Shown here: one piece after another, positions 1-12,471 of the stretch | Layout of the letters: each line of letters opens with the position of its first letter | Numbering within the stretch: position 1 is the stretch's first letter | Source: Eledone cirrhosa | Lineage: Eukaryota | Assembly (NCBI GenBank): GCA_964016885.1 | Contig: OZ024740.1 | Location: 168,888,001 to 168,952,000 of the forward strand | DNA: 64,000 nucleotides | Direction of reading: 5' to 3' | Translations under genes and position numbers: made by a program | Notes under the pieces: generated by a model | What the model was told of the DNA's origin: nothing | Seen by the model: the letters and a program-made list of their open reading frames with translations, nothing else | The model's database searches: none

Positions 1-270
1 GCCGAAACAAATGAGATCGTGTAGGTGTCACGACAAAAAAACACACAGTCCACGCTGTAATGTGGCCGTGTAGGCAACACGGTAAAAACCTCCCAGACCC
101 ACACTGTAAATGTGGTTGGTGTTAGGAAGGGCATCCAACTGTAGAAAACCTGCCAGACAGTCCTATGCGAGCAAGACAATCACTCTTGCCTCAAGTGGGA
201 CTACCCCCGTCCAAACCCATGCAAGCGTGGAACACGGACGTTAAACGTTGATGATGATGATGATGATGAT
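1..270 (+). mobile_element. 3' end of RTE-type LINE with (GAT)n tail
   Basis: Nearly identical to the 3' UTR of the RTE copy at 40065-40326; ends GGACGTTAAACG plus a (GAT)n tail. Confidence 0.85.
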
Positions 271-284
271 ATATATACACACAC

Positions 285-555
285 ACACACACTCTCCCTC
301 ACTTCCACAGAATCAGGCACACGCCAGCCACACGCCAGCCTAAGTCGCGCCATATATCCGGTCCGACAGGCACGGCCCACACAAACATACACATACGCGA
401 GTACACATAGCTACGCACAACCTTATATACATATATATATATATATACACTCATACACACACATATATACATACACGCATATATATATATATATACATAC
501 ACACACCTATATACAAAATACACATACGTACACAGAATTACATACACACAAACAT

Positions 556-586
<31 letters not shown>

Positions 587-1830
587 CAAAAAAACACTAC
601 ATGCATACGCACACCCACACATATACATACATATATACATGCAGACAAATATACATCTACATATACATACGTACACGGACTGCCACATGCAGACACCTGT
701 ACATATGCATATTTGCTTATACACACATGTTTCCACATATGCATATATAAACAAAACCGTAAATTAAAAATACATTATATAATAAAAAACACAATATACC
801 ATAAAATAACGGTAAAATAACATAACATAAAATATCAATATAGTATACAATATAATATCTCTATATCGCTATATATACACATGCACACACATGCACACAC
901 ATTCATACATACATATACGGATATATACAATGGATATATGATAAAATAATAAAAATAATAGTAATCAAATGTATATATAATCCATATATGATCATCCGTG
1001 CACATTCCTGTGAGATGTACATAAACATATACATGTATACACAAATACACATACACATATATAGAGGCCCACATATGCATACACCCGCACCCACACATAT
1101 GTATATATATATACACATACGCACCCACATACACACACATACTCATACGTAGCTATACGTATATACACACACACATATATATATACACATACTCTGCCAC
1201 ATACGTATATACATGTACATGCATGCACACACACGCGCTCATAAGCTCATGCATATACGTACATATGCCCATATACACACCCATGTATATATATATATAT
1301 CTACATACACATACATATACCTACGCACAGGTCCACACATAAAACACCCAAATATAAATACAATAGGATAATAAAATAAAATAAATTTACAATATTTTAG
1401 AATACATTAAATCTGTATGGAACTTCACAAATAGATACATAAAAAACGGCAGGGTGGGTACAGGAGAAGGTCTGTGTATCCATGTGATATACCACACACA
1501 GGTAGTATGAGGTGCAAACTTGGGTCCGTACATAGAACAAGTAACAGTAACAGAACAATAATAGAACAATAATGACAGTAATAATCATTGTTCCAAAGTG
1601 GAGCATGTGGAGAGTATATAGTCACGATTGACGGGGTACACATTCAAGGGGACGCCCGGCCCGGTCGCCATGGAGCATGGCACCATGGCTGGGGTGTGCT
1701 GTTCTATATGTTTATCGGACTGGGCAGCCGTGGGCCCCGTGTTAGCCGGTCTCGGCCCAGGCAATGTATCTGCCCAATGTTGCGTGCTCGGTCAGGTGCG
1801 CCTCTGGTTTACAAGTAGAGCGCTTAGAGA
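285..1830 (-). repeat. Inverted copy of the Penelope-like element's 3' region (left arm, inverted pLTR)
   Basis: 285-1672 is the reverse complement of 3931-5560. The ORF track gives identical peptides for 1387-1643(-) and 3960-4216(+). 1673-1830 continues on - without a partner. Confidence 0.9.
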
Positions 1831-1838
1831 GATCCGCC

Positions 1839-3930
1839 ATGGAAATATTCAATTACTCTCCTTCCCTGAAAGACATACCGATCCCGTCTGATAACACGTA
1901 CATGGGCCTGCTGATATACCACACAAACTCGTTCATCAGACGCATGAGGTGGCGCGCATTTCACCACAACAGGCGCACACAACAACACGCGCCCGACGCC
2001 CCTCAGGACCGTCTAAAGCGGATATTTAGATTGAGAAGACACCCATCGCATAATGCACAGTTGGAGGAATTTGAAAACCGTATAATCAACATAGTTCGTA
2101 ACATCAAGTTCCATAATAATAGTTCGCGGCAGACCAAATATCTCAAAAGTCTCAGCTCCACCATCAAAAGCATGGAAAAATGCCAGGATTTACTTGTGCC
2201 CTCAGACAAAACTGGTAATGTATACATGCTTGACCGTTTTACATACAACGACTGCCTCGGGAAAATGATTAGGAAAAACTATAGGACCACAGGACAGACA
2301 AATTTAGATAATATTAACGCCACGACAAAAAGTATACTGATGGGGCTAGGACTAGATGATAGGACCGAGGTATATGTACCTAGAAAACCACGGATATCTA
2401 TTAAGGACCATAAATTAGACTTTAAAACAAAACTACCGGTTAGGTTAATAGCACCCTCCAAGTCTGACCTAGGCAGGACCAGCAAGAATATTATAGATAG
2501 GATAATACCGGTACTTAGAAACAAAACTAAGCTGAGCCTATGGACCTCCACTAAGGAGGTAATTGACTGGTTCTCGTTAATAGGTGACAAACAACAAGTA
2601 AATTTTATTCAGTTAGACATAGATAACTATTACGCGTCAGTATCTCCGATACTAGTCAAGAAGGCCTTCATAAGCGCAATGGCCAGATCTAGCCTCACTA
2701 GGGACGAGACCAACCTCATAGTAGCAGCCAGAAAGACGCTAATTAGATTCGAAGACAAGTTATGGGAGAGGAGGGACAGACCCGACAGTTTCGATATCAC
2801 CATGGGGTCGAGTGACTCGCTGCAGGTGACCGACCTTTTGGGGATATATCTCATCCATAGGCTAACGGAGGAGATCCGGGGATCAGAGATGGAATATACA
2901 GAGATGATGCACTTTTCACCTTCCGTTCCCTTAACCCCAGTCAGATGGAGCGTATGAGGAAGCGCATATCGCATTTTTTAAAACAACACAGCTTATCCGT
3001 GACAATAGATCCTAGCACTAAGATGGTCAATTTCCTGGACGTTACCTTGGAAATGAATACGGGCATCCACAGCCCATACCATAAGCCCAACGAAAACCTG
3101 TAATATGTGAACAGGCAATCGAATCACCCTAAGTCAGTCATAGAACCCATAGGTAAAGGGTTATCCAAACGCGTAGCCATCTTGTCGTCGAACACAGACG
3201 TGTTTAAACAACACGCCGAATATTATAATGAGGCACTGTGCAGGGCCGGTTACACAGACACCATACTATATACCCCGGACAGAGAAGAGCCAAGTGATGA
3301 GGCGTGCAGAAATGCCAATAGCGGGGGCACCTCCTTAGGTAGAAGAAATGACCCAGTAGCAGTATCTAGGAACACAAATAGCAACGCAACTAACATTAAT
3401 GATGCAGGACCGACCGGAGATAGGACAACGGCATCCATAGGAGCCAGACCACCCAGTACGCGGAGGCATGAGCCTGGCACGCACACTGCATGCTCCGCGG
3501 CAACTGAGACCAGGGACAGGACATCGACAAATATGGATGGGGCACACGCCAGGGAGCACGCCCAGCCTGGTTGTAGTGGTACAGCACCGACAACAGCATC
3601 ACATAGACCTAAGGGGAATAGATGTATAGATGACCACATAGAACGACGTAACTTTATAACTGTAGGGCATAACCCCGATGCCCATAGCGGGCAAATAGAT
3701 AGAGACAACACACGATATGTAATTGTGGTTGGGCGGAGCACAGGACAGACATCGGGTCCAGGACACACCAACAAGAATCCACGCACATGAAGGAACAGAT
3801 CTAAAGCTGTTACTTGGTTTAATGCGCCTTACTCAAAACATAAATGCACCAACGTGCCAGGACTTTTTTTCCGAGCGTTGGATGAGTTCTTTCCGCCGAC
3901 GAACAAGTACCACAAAATCCTCAATCACCT
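1839..3930 (+). pseudogene. Penelope-like (Naiad-type) reverse transcriptase, disrupted, GIY-YIG endonuclease absent
   Basis: ATG in GCCATGG at 1839. Motifs: YSPSLKDIPIP...FIRRMRWRAF, SDKTGN, KDHK..F...VRLI, LDIDNYY, FDITMGS. After a -1 frameshift near 2880: GIYRDD (YRDD 2897-2908), NFLDVT, SNHP, WFNAPYS. In-frame TAA at 3101 and TGA at 3788. ORF breaks at ...YHKILN. Confidence 0.9.
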
Positions 3931-5137
3931 CATGGCGACCGGGCCGGGCGTCCCCTTGAATGTGTACCCCGTCAATCGTGACTATATACTCTCCACATGC
4001 TCCACTTTGGAACAATGATTATTACTGTCATTATTGTTCTATTATTGTTCTGTTACTGTTACTTGTTCTATGTACGGACCCAAGTTTGCACCTCATACTA
4101 CCTGTGTGTGGTATATCACATGGATACACAGACCTTCTCCTGTACCCACCCTGCCGTTTTTTATGTATCTATTTGTGAAGTTCCATACAGATTTAATGTA
4201 TTCTAAAATATTGTAAATTTATTTTATTTTATTATCCTATTGTATTTATATTTAGGTGTTTTATGTGTGGACCTGTGCGTAGGTATGTGTATGTGTATGT
4301 AGATATATATATATATACGTGGGTGTGTATGGGGGTGTGTATATGGGCATGTGTACGTATATGCGTGAGCTTATGAGCGCGTGTGTGTGCATGCATGTAC
4401 ATGTATGTACATATGTGGCAGAGTGTGTATGTGTATATATATATATATATGTGTGTATGTACGTATAGCTATGTATGAGTATGTGTGTATGTGGGTGCGT
4501 ATGTGTGTGTATATATACATATGTGTTGGCGCGGGTGTATGCATATGTGGGCCTCTATATATGTGTATGTGTTTTTGTGTATACATGTATATTTTTATGT
4601 ACATCTCACAGGAATGTGTACGGATGATCATATATGGATTATTTTATTACTATTATTTTTTTAATTATTTTATCATATATCCATTGTATATATCCGTATA
4701 TGTATATATGAATGTGTGTGCATGTGTATATATAGAGATATAGAGATATTATATTGTATACTATATTGATATTTTATGTTATGTTATTTTACCGTTATTT
4801 TATGGTATATTGTGTGTTTTATTATATAATGTATTTTTAATTTACGGTTTTTATATATGCATATGTGGAAACGTGTGTGTAAGCAAATATGCATATGTAC
4901 AGGTGTCTGCATGTGGCAGTGCATGTGTGTATGTATATGTAGATGTATATATGTCTGCATGTATATATGTATGTATATGTGTGGGTGTGCGTATGCATGT
5001 AGTGTTTTTTTGAATATATATATATATATGTGTGTGTATGTTTGTGTGTATGTAATTTTGTGTACGTATGTGTATTTTGTATATAGGTGTGTGCATGTGT
5101 GTATGTATATATGTATATATATATATTTTTAAAAAAT

Positions 5138-5309
5138 GGAGGCATATGGCTTAGTGGTTAGAGCATTGGCCTTGCAATCGAAAGGTTGTGAGTTCAATTC
5201 TCAGATCGGGTGATGTGTTGTTTCCTTGAGCAACATAGAAATCATGCCAGAATCAGTTCCCGTCCCACCCTTGCAAGCAGGGAAAAGCGGACGTAAAATG
5301 AAATAATGA

Positions 5310-5313
<4 letters not shown>
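5138..5313 (+). mobile_element. tRNA-derived SINE, family 1, internally deleted
   Basis: A box TGGCTTAGTGG and B box GAGTTCAATTC; head and tail match 26204-26517; absent from the left arm. Confidence 0.85.
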
Positions 5314-5366
<53 letters not shown>

Positions 5367-5944
5367 CGTGTATGTATATATGTGTGTGTATGAGTGTATA
5401 TATATATGTATATAAGGTTGTGCGTAGGTATGTGTGCGTGCGTATGTGTGTATATGTGTATGTTTGCGTGGGCCGTGCCTGTCGGACCGGATATATGGCA
5501 CGACTTAGGCTGGCGTGTGGCTGGCGTGTGCCTGGGTCTGTGGAAGTGAGGGAGAGTGTGTGTATGTATATATATATATATATATTATATATATGAGTAG
5601 GGGTGTGTGTGTACATATGTGTATGCACGCATGTGTCTGTGTCTGCCTGTGTGTGTATATATGTGTGGGTGCATGCTCTGGAGTGTGAACAGACGTGAGA
5701 TACCGAACCTATCATGACTTGATTGAAGTGTGTCGGACGGCAAATGGCTGATGACCCGTGTAGCAGTAGATACTGACCAGAACTTAAGATGATGTGGAGT
5801 AACAAAAGCCAATGGCATGACAAGAGTGGAAGAGGTTTTTTGAGGGTGTTATTTGATGATAACACCCCAGTGATAAAATTTGCTCCGAACGAACTACCTG
5901 TGCCAGACGTGTGAGATACCGAACCTATCATGACTTGATTGAAG

Positions 5945-6045
5945 TCTGTCGGACGGCAAATGGCTGATGACCTGTCCATACACGGACCATGTCTAGAGCT
6001 ACCTGCCGGTGAAATAATTGTAACACGCAATAAATTGAGTCCAGA
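5945..6045 (+). ncRNA. Candidate type-I hammerhead ribozyme in PLE 3' end (degenerate)
   Basis: CTGATGA 5964-5970; GAAA 6011-6014; near-palindromic TAATTG; GTA cleavage triplet 6020-6022; AATAAA 6029-6034. Stem I has a G.A mismatch next to the core. Confidence 0.55.
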
Positions 6046-6159
6046 TGCATCACTGATTTCTCGTTTTCTTTATACTATCTACACTCTACTCTGCTGAATA
6101 TTGAGTGCTATATTTTGGCATACCGCCTATGGAAGCACCATAGCTACCATTATACACAA

Positions 6160-6193
<34 letters not shown>

Positions 6194-6197
<4 letters not shown>

Positions 6198-6888
6198 TCA
6201 TCATCATCATCATCACCGTTTTACGTCCGTTCTTCCACGCTAGCATGGGTTAGACGGGTTGTCCTGTTGTGGGCAGTGTCTGGTCGGCTGACCATGCCTT
6301 GCTCATATAGGAACTGATTTGGCTTGATTTCTACAGCTGGATGCCCTTCCTAACACCAACCTCATTTACAGTGAGTGCTGGGTGCTTTTTCGCGGCGCCT
6401 ACACGTCCACTTTACAGTGTGGGCTGGGTGCTTTTTTGCCGTGGCACCTCCACGACCACCTTGCGGTGGGGGGTGTGGGGGCATATTGTCTATATGCTTC
6501 AGCTTGTACCCATGGGAGGTCAGGTACCCTGTATTACTGCGTGACGCCAGAAGTCACGGTCGTGTGTCATTGCCTTTGAGAGGTGTAATTGGGTTAGGTC
6601 GGCTTTTATCACCTCATCCAAGGTCATTTTGGATCTCCCCACTCCGCGGTTTCCATCAACTTCTAGTGCTCTGCACCTTTTTATGCAGCTGTCATCCTTC
6701 ATACGCATCACATGTCCATACCAGCACAACCGCCTCTCCTGCACACAGCATTTGATTCCTCTTATGCTCAGTCTCTCTCTCAATTCATTTATGCTTTGTC
6801 TTTCACGTATATTACTGTTACACATCCATCGGAGCATGCAGGCTTCGTTTCTCTACATCCATCGGAGCATGCAGGCTTCGTTTCTCTA
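6194..6888 (-). mobile_element. 5'-truncated RTE LINE
   Basis: RRLCWYGHVMRM and GVGRSKMT C-terminal motifs, 3' UTR, (GAT)n tail; near-identical to 14057-14720. Confidence 0.92.
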
Positions 6889-7224
6889 ATATATATATAT
6901 ATATATATATTAATATTTGAAAAACTCAGGTTACATTTATTTTATATATATATTTGTGTGTATGCCTTTTTGTCTGTGTGCATGTATATATATATATATA
7001 TAATAAATATCCCACCCTTGCAAGCAGGGAAAAGTCAGACGTAAAATGATGATGATGATGATGAAATGTAATCTGAGTTGTTTTTTTTCGAATATTACTA
7101 ATAATTAATTTGTTTGTAATTATGAAAATAGCAAATAGCCTCTTTAAGCCATGTCAGTAGAATGAGACCGTCATTCTTGCTCTTGTCTTGGCATATAAAC
7201 ATGGAATATCACATACATGAAGAA

Positions 7225-7265
<41 letters not shown>

Positions 7266-7589
7266 TCACAATGGATATTAGACCATTACTTACCAGAGTA
7301 CTTGACACTTGGGGTAGTAGAGTGGGTAATATATATATATATATATTAGAAAGTGAGGTTTTTTTACAAAATGAAAAAAAAACGAGGTGTCCTACATGAG
7401 TGAAAGTATAAGGAAAAAAGATGAAATCGAAAATGCAACTGGAGTCTTTTTTTATAAAAATATATATTTATTTGGTTCCTTTTCCGGTTTCGCAGTTCTT
7501 CTGCTTTTCAAAAGTACAATTGAGATGGAGGGTTTGTGGTTTTTCTCACGTATATGTGTGTATTTATATATAGAATAACACTTAAATGA

Positions 7590-8560
7590 ATAAGTGCTAT
7601 TCAGGATTTACTGTTTGCTGATGATGCTGCACTTGTTGATACATCCCTTGAAGAGGTACAAAAATTGATGAACCACCTCTTGCTTGCCTGTATAACATTT
7701 GGTTTAACAATCAGCATTAAGAAGACTGGTTTGGTACGTCCACCAATGCCAACCACCCCTAGACAAGTAGATGTTGAGCAAGGACGGCCAGGGCATGGGC
7801 ATCCCCATGTTCCCATCACTGTTGATGGCAAAGATCTGAAATTTGTGACCTTTACTTACCTTAGCAGCAAGGTGAACCACTCTGCATCACTGGATAATGC
7901 TATCGTCAATCATGTCTCTAGAGCAACTGATGCCTTTGGCAAACTACATCATCGTCTATGAGGTATCGGAAGTATATCCCTGAAAATGAAAGTTGCAGTT
8001 TATCATTCAGTGGTACTGACAACTCTCTTATATGGCTTGGAGTCATGGACACACTATCGCACTCACATTTAAAGGATTGATGTTTTCCACAAACATTGTC
8101 ATCACTCTATCTGTGGTTATGCACTTTCTGACAGAATCTCCAATGCTGATCTTTTCACAAGGTACAAAATTGGTGGGATTGAGTCATTTCTGACACAATT
8201 CCAACTCAGATGGGCTGGTCATGTCCTACGAATGACAAAAGACTGCACATCAAAGGCACTGTTATACAGACAATTTCGTAATGGTGTACATAATTTGGGC
8301 AGACCATTATTCAGATAGAAGTACAATCTTAAATCTTTGAACATACCTCATACTTCTTTTGAAGCCCTATCTGCTGACCATGGAAATGGAGAACTGCCAT
8401 CCATGAAGGTATAAAGAACTTGTCCATCTTTATGATCAAAGATCTAACATCAAGATCCAATCAAACATTCCATCCTGCTCTACTCAAAATTGTGTCATCT
8501 ACACTAAAGACGGCTTGATGTGTAAATCAGTGGCTGGACTAAAGTGCCATTTAAGGAATA
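7590..8560 (+). mobile_element. Decayed RTE (BovB-like) LINE fragment
   Basis: DLLFADDAAL, GLTISIKKT, LLYGLESWT and QLRWAGHVLRM read across stops and frameshifts. Confidence 0.8.
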
Positions 8561-8626
8561 ACCATAAAATATGAAATGAGAAGACTGTTGAACCCTTATG
8601 CATTGATATACAATGGGAGAGTCCAT

Positions 8627-8697
<71 letters not shown>

Positions 8698-8840
8698 GGA
8701 AAAAATGAAATTTCATTTCTCACTTCTAGTACGGCTGATACTTAAATATAAGTATGTATACGTACATACATATATGTATACAGACATATAGTAGTATGTA
8801 TATACACACATACATGCACACATATACATATATATATGTA

Positions 8841-9200
8841 CGTAGGGGTTTACCGAACAATTATTATAATGTTCAGTTTGTTAAAAAACAAACAGCCAGA
8901 GTTAAGCCGTACAGTGTTCGGCAACCATCGTCGCCCTTTAGTTCAACACTGACAAAGGAACGATGAACTAGTTTCTAACTTAATATGCATAAGGAAAGTA
9001 TATACTTTCAAACGTTCAATCGATTGACAGGAAGGTATACGGTGCTGATGACAGCTAATAAGCTAGAAGGTTGTTCATCGTTCTTTTGTCAGTGTTGAAC
9101 AAAAGGGCAACGATGGTTGCCGAACACTGTACGGCTTAATTTGGGTTGTTTGTTTACAAACAAACTGAACATTATAATAAATGTTCGGTAAACCCATACG
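8841..9200. mobile_element. MITE with ~128-bp terminal inverted repeats, TA-flanked (Tc1/mariner-like)
   Basis: CGTAGGGGTTTACCGAACA... and ...TGTTCGGTAAACCCATACG; TA on both sides. Confidence 0.8.
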
Positions 9201-9355
9201 TACATATATATATGTATATGTGTGCATGTATGTGTGTAGATACATACTACTGTACGTCTGTATACATATATGTATGTACGTATATTTATATATATATATA
9301 TACGTCTGTATACATATATGTATGTACTTATATTTATATATATATATATATATAT

Positions 9356-9666
9356 ATAAATTAATAAAAACAATGAAATAAAAACAAAGAACAAGTTCCT
9401 TATATTAAAAAATTCCTCATTTTACGATCGTTTCTAGGATGTACATGTGTGCTGGTATGTATATCATACAGATCTATGTAAAAATATTACAAATTATCAG
9501 AGGAAATATACATACCTTCACATATACAAGCCGTCCCCTGATAATTTGTAATATTGATATACATACCAACACACATATACATCCTAGAAACGATCGTAAA
9601 ATGATGAATTTTTTTAATATAAGGAACTTGGTTTTTGTTTTTATTTCATTGTTTTTATTAATTTAT
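9356..9666. repeat. Inverted repeat of two degenerate hammerhead-like cassettes
   Basis: Arms ~9356-9500 / 9538-9666; each reads outward CTGATAA...GAAACGATCGTA. Confidence 0.7.
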
Positions 9667-9798
9667 CTTGACTCTATTTTCCTATGAATTTTTATCGAAA
9701 ATTTTTGAATGCATCTTCTCTTTTCATAATATTTGGATTACATTGAGTTCTTCATATGGATTGGATACTACCGTATATTTTGGTAGATTTATCTACAC

Positions 9799-9835
<37 letters not shown>

Positions 9836-10016
9836 TAGATAGATAGATACACAAACAGACAGGCAGGCATGCCGGCAGATATAGATATATATGCACATGA
9901 ATCATTTTAGTGCCTCTATTCATTGGTAAAATAATTTTAAATAGTCATGATTAGTTTAGTTAGTGCAGCTCTATTATCTAATGTGTCCTGTTTACTGTCT
10001 CATTCTGTTGTTTCAG

Positions 10017-10086
10017 GCCTATTATCAAAAGATGAAAAAATAATTAAACTCAATGCTGACACAATGATCAGAATAGTTTGTTTTGT
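10017..10086 (+). CDS. GRAMD1: GRAMD1/Aster exon (start of transmembrane region)
   Basis: tttcag acceptor, GTAAGT donor; LLSKDEKIIKLNADTMIRIVCF; GT+A forms Val with the next exon. Confidence 0.8.
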
Positions 10087-11439
10087 GTAAGTATTGTTGC
10101 TTTCATCATTGTTTTTCAAATATGTTCTTCATCATTCAGTTACATTTCAAAAGAAATGGGTGCTAATTTCAATTAGACCACCTCTTTCAATGTATATTTT
10201 TTTTAATGATGCAGTACTTTACATATTTTTCATCCATCCTTGTACTTTTAAAATCTGGTGGAGCCTATCTCTCTCCAGGTCTGAACACAGTTGAATTCTT
10301 CCCAAGAATGAGAGTGAGCAAGAGAGAGAATGAGCATGAACTAAGAGAGAGAGGGGGGGGGGGGGCGAAAAAGAAGTAAAAGAGATATATAGCAGAATCA
10401 ACCACAGTATTGAACTGGTACTTTATTTATCGACCCTGAGTAGATGAGAGGCAAAGTTGATGTCTGTGAAATCTTAGCTCACTGCATAGTGAGCTGGAAC
10501 AAAGCATTCTACTTGGCATTCTAACAACGCTGCCATTTGCCACCTTATACATTAATCGGCCTCAACACTTTTAGTAGGAAAAATGATCTTAAAACATTTT
10601 TTTTTTTTTTTTAATGTTTTTTTGTTGTCTGTTCGCATTCTTGGTTGAAAAACAAACTAAATGTCTACTATCAACAGCTGCTACACTGCATTCTTCTGAA
10701 GTTTAGTTAAATGTGACTTGATTAAAATTTCAAATGTGATATTTAAAAACAGGGATTAAAACAAAAAGGGATAAGCAAGATGAGAAATAGATCATTTAGA
10801 AATAGTAACTTTTATTTGTGAAAGATAGATGAATGGATGTAATGTTGGCTCTTTACATCTTACTTCTTTGACTATGATAAATGAAGATTTACTAATCTGA
10901 TGTCATTTTTATCTCTTTGAAACTTAATTACTGTTGGCACATTCCCATTTTTTATGTAAGCTGTAATCATAAAGAAATATAGCTAAGATAAGCATCTTAA
11001 TATTGTTAATCAATAAAGAGAATCTTGGTATTTCTATTAAACTAGTGGGGAAAAAGACAGAAAACAAAATGCAAATGTGTTACTGCCTCTGAAAGGCTTT
11101 TAAGTTGTTGATACTTAGCTCTTATTTATAAGGCATCAGCTTATCACAGATGATATTTTTAGATTATCTATTAACCATTTCTGAGAATTGACATCATCAT
11201 TATCATCAATATCATCATCATTTGAAGACTGTCTTCCCTGTTAGGAAGAGTTGCATGAATCTTTACAGGCTTGGGGCCTACATCTTGCTTACATACATTC
11301 CCATGTTCAACTCAGTGCATTTTATTGTGGCACCAGCACTAAGAAGTTGTCATGTCTTTGAGACAGCTGAAAACTCATCTCTGGTAGCTGCATTTTGAAA
11401 TTCCTTGGCTCATTCATTGCAGCTGACCCAAGGTTTCTG

Positions 11440-11730
11440 CTCTAGACATGGCTCCTTCTGACTTCTAGTTGTTCTCAGAAATGAAGATGCCACTGAAAGA
11501 CTCCCACTTTGAAAGCTGGGAGGATATCATGTGGATTGTAATGGTGGAGCTGAGAGCCATTCCAAAGAAGCATTCCAGACATACTTTGAACAGTGGAAGG
11601 ATCACTGAGCTAAGTTTATGAAAGCACATGGGGCCTATTTTGAGGGAAATTAGCAATTGAACACTGCAAAGTATGTAATTATTTTACGCTAGCTTAAGGT
11701 GGTTAGATATTATTTTGATAAACCACGTAT
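11440..11730 (+). mobile_element. Mariner transposase C-terminal remnant
   Basis: DMAPSDF*LF..MK..LK..HFE and AIPK..FQ..FEQWK....G.YFEG resemble the mariner SPDLAPSD region and C-terminus. Confidence 0.75.
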
Positions 11731-12300
11731 GAAAAAAATGATTCAATCATCAATTCTACAGGATAGCCATCCTATCTTTACATAAAAAAATATTGTTCTA
11801 AATTACAGGAACTAAAACCTGTGACTGTTATAAAGTTTCCCTCAGCATGTTTTCCTTCAGCTTAATCTCTGAATCTGCAAGCAACACAAATACTATTGTG
11901 GGTCCATGGTACATAGTTCTAGACTTCACCTGCTGTAATAACACCATATCACCAGTTGCCAACCACAACATACTACTCTCAATGAAATTGTTAAGCATCA
12001 CTTTGTTGCAGTTGGAGCTGTTAGGATTAGACTAAGGAGAAGGCAGAAGGCCATATAATGTTATGCTCTTCTGTTCTCAAGTCATAAGCCCCTTATATGA
12101 GATGTGACCCTCAGCAATACTTTCTCCAATAGTAACCTGGTAATTTCAGTGTCAAACTCAGCTGAAGATCACAAGCTGACAAGGTACTGTCCATTACCCA
12201 ATAAGCTTCTCAGCGAACTCATAGTGGTAGGAATATCTGACATTCTGAATTTTCAAACCACTTCCTTACTTTTTTCAGTCAGGAGAGAGGTGGTTATTTG

Positions 12301-12471
12301 CACTGTAAATGTGGTTGGTGTTAGGAAGGGCATCCAACTGTAGAAAACCCGCCAGACAGTCCTATGCGAGCAAGACAACCACTCTTGCCTCAAGTGGGAA
12401 AACTCCCGTCCAAACCCATGCAAGCGTGAAACATGGACGTTAAACGATGATGATGATGATGATGATGATGA
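12301..12471 (+). mobile_element. RTE 3' tail fragment
   Basis: Matches 102-270, with (GAT)n tail. Confidence 0.8.

Larger units (their letters stand above)
3931..6050 (+). repeat. 3' UTR/pLTR of the Penelope-like element (right arm), microsatellite-rich
   Basis: Inverted partner of 285-1672; continues into a ~65-bp direct repeat (5691-5756 / 5905-5972) and a hammerhead-like motif with AATAAA. Confidence 0.8.

Noticed and set aside
201-1234. Many C/V/Y/I/M-rich ORFs (also 4371-5596, 8499-9394, 25381-26263)
   Set aside because: Translations of (TA)n, (CA)n and (CATA)n microsatellites
1764-1838. ORF-track start for the PLE RT
   Set aside because: It lies in the apparent inverted-arm extension; family-like sequence begins at ATG 1839, which has a strong Kozak context
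3788-3790. In-frame TGA as possible selenocysteine in a Naiad
   Set aside because: It falls in a basic R/K tract rather than at a Cys position, so CGA-to-TGA decay is simpler; the ORF also has a TAA and a frameshift, and no convincing SECIS was seen
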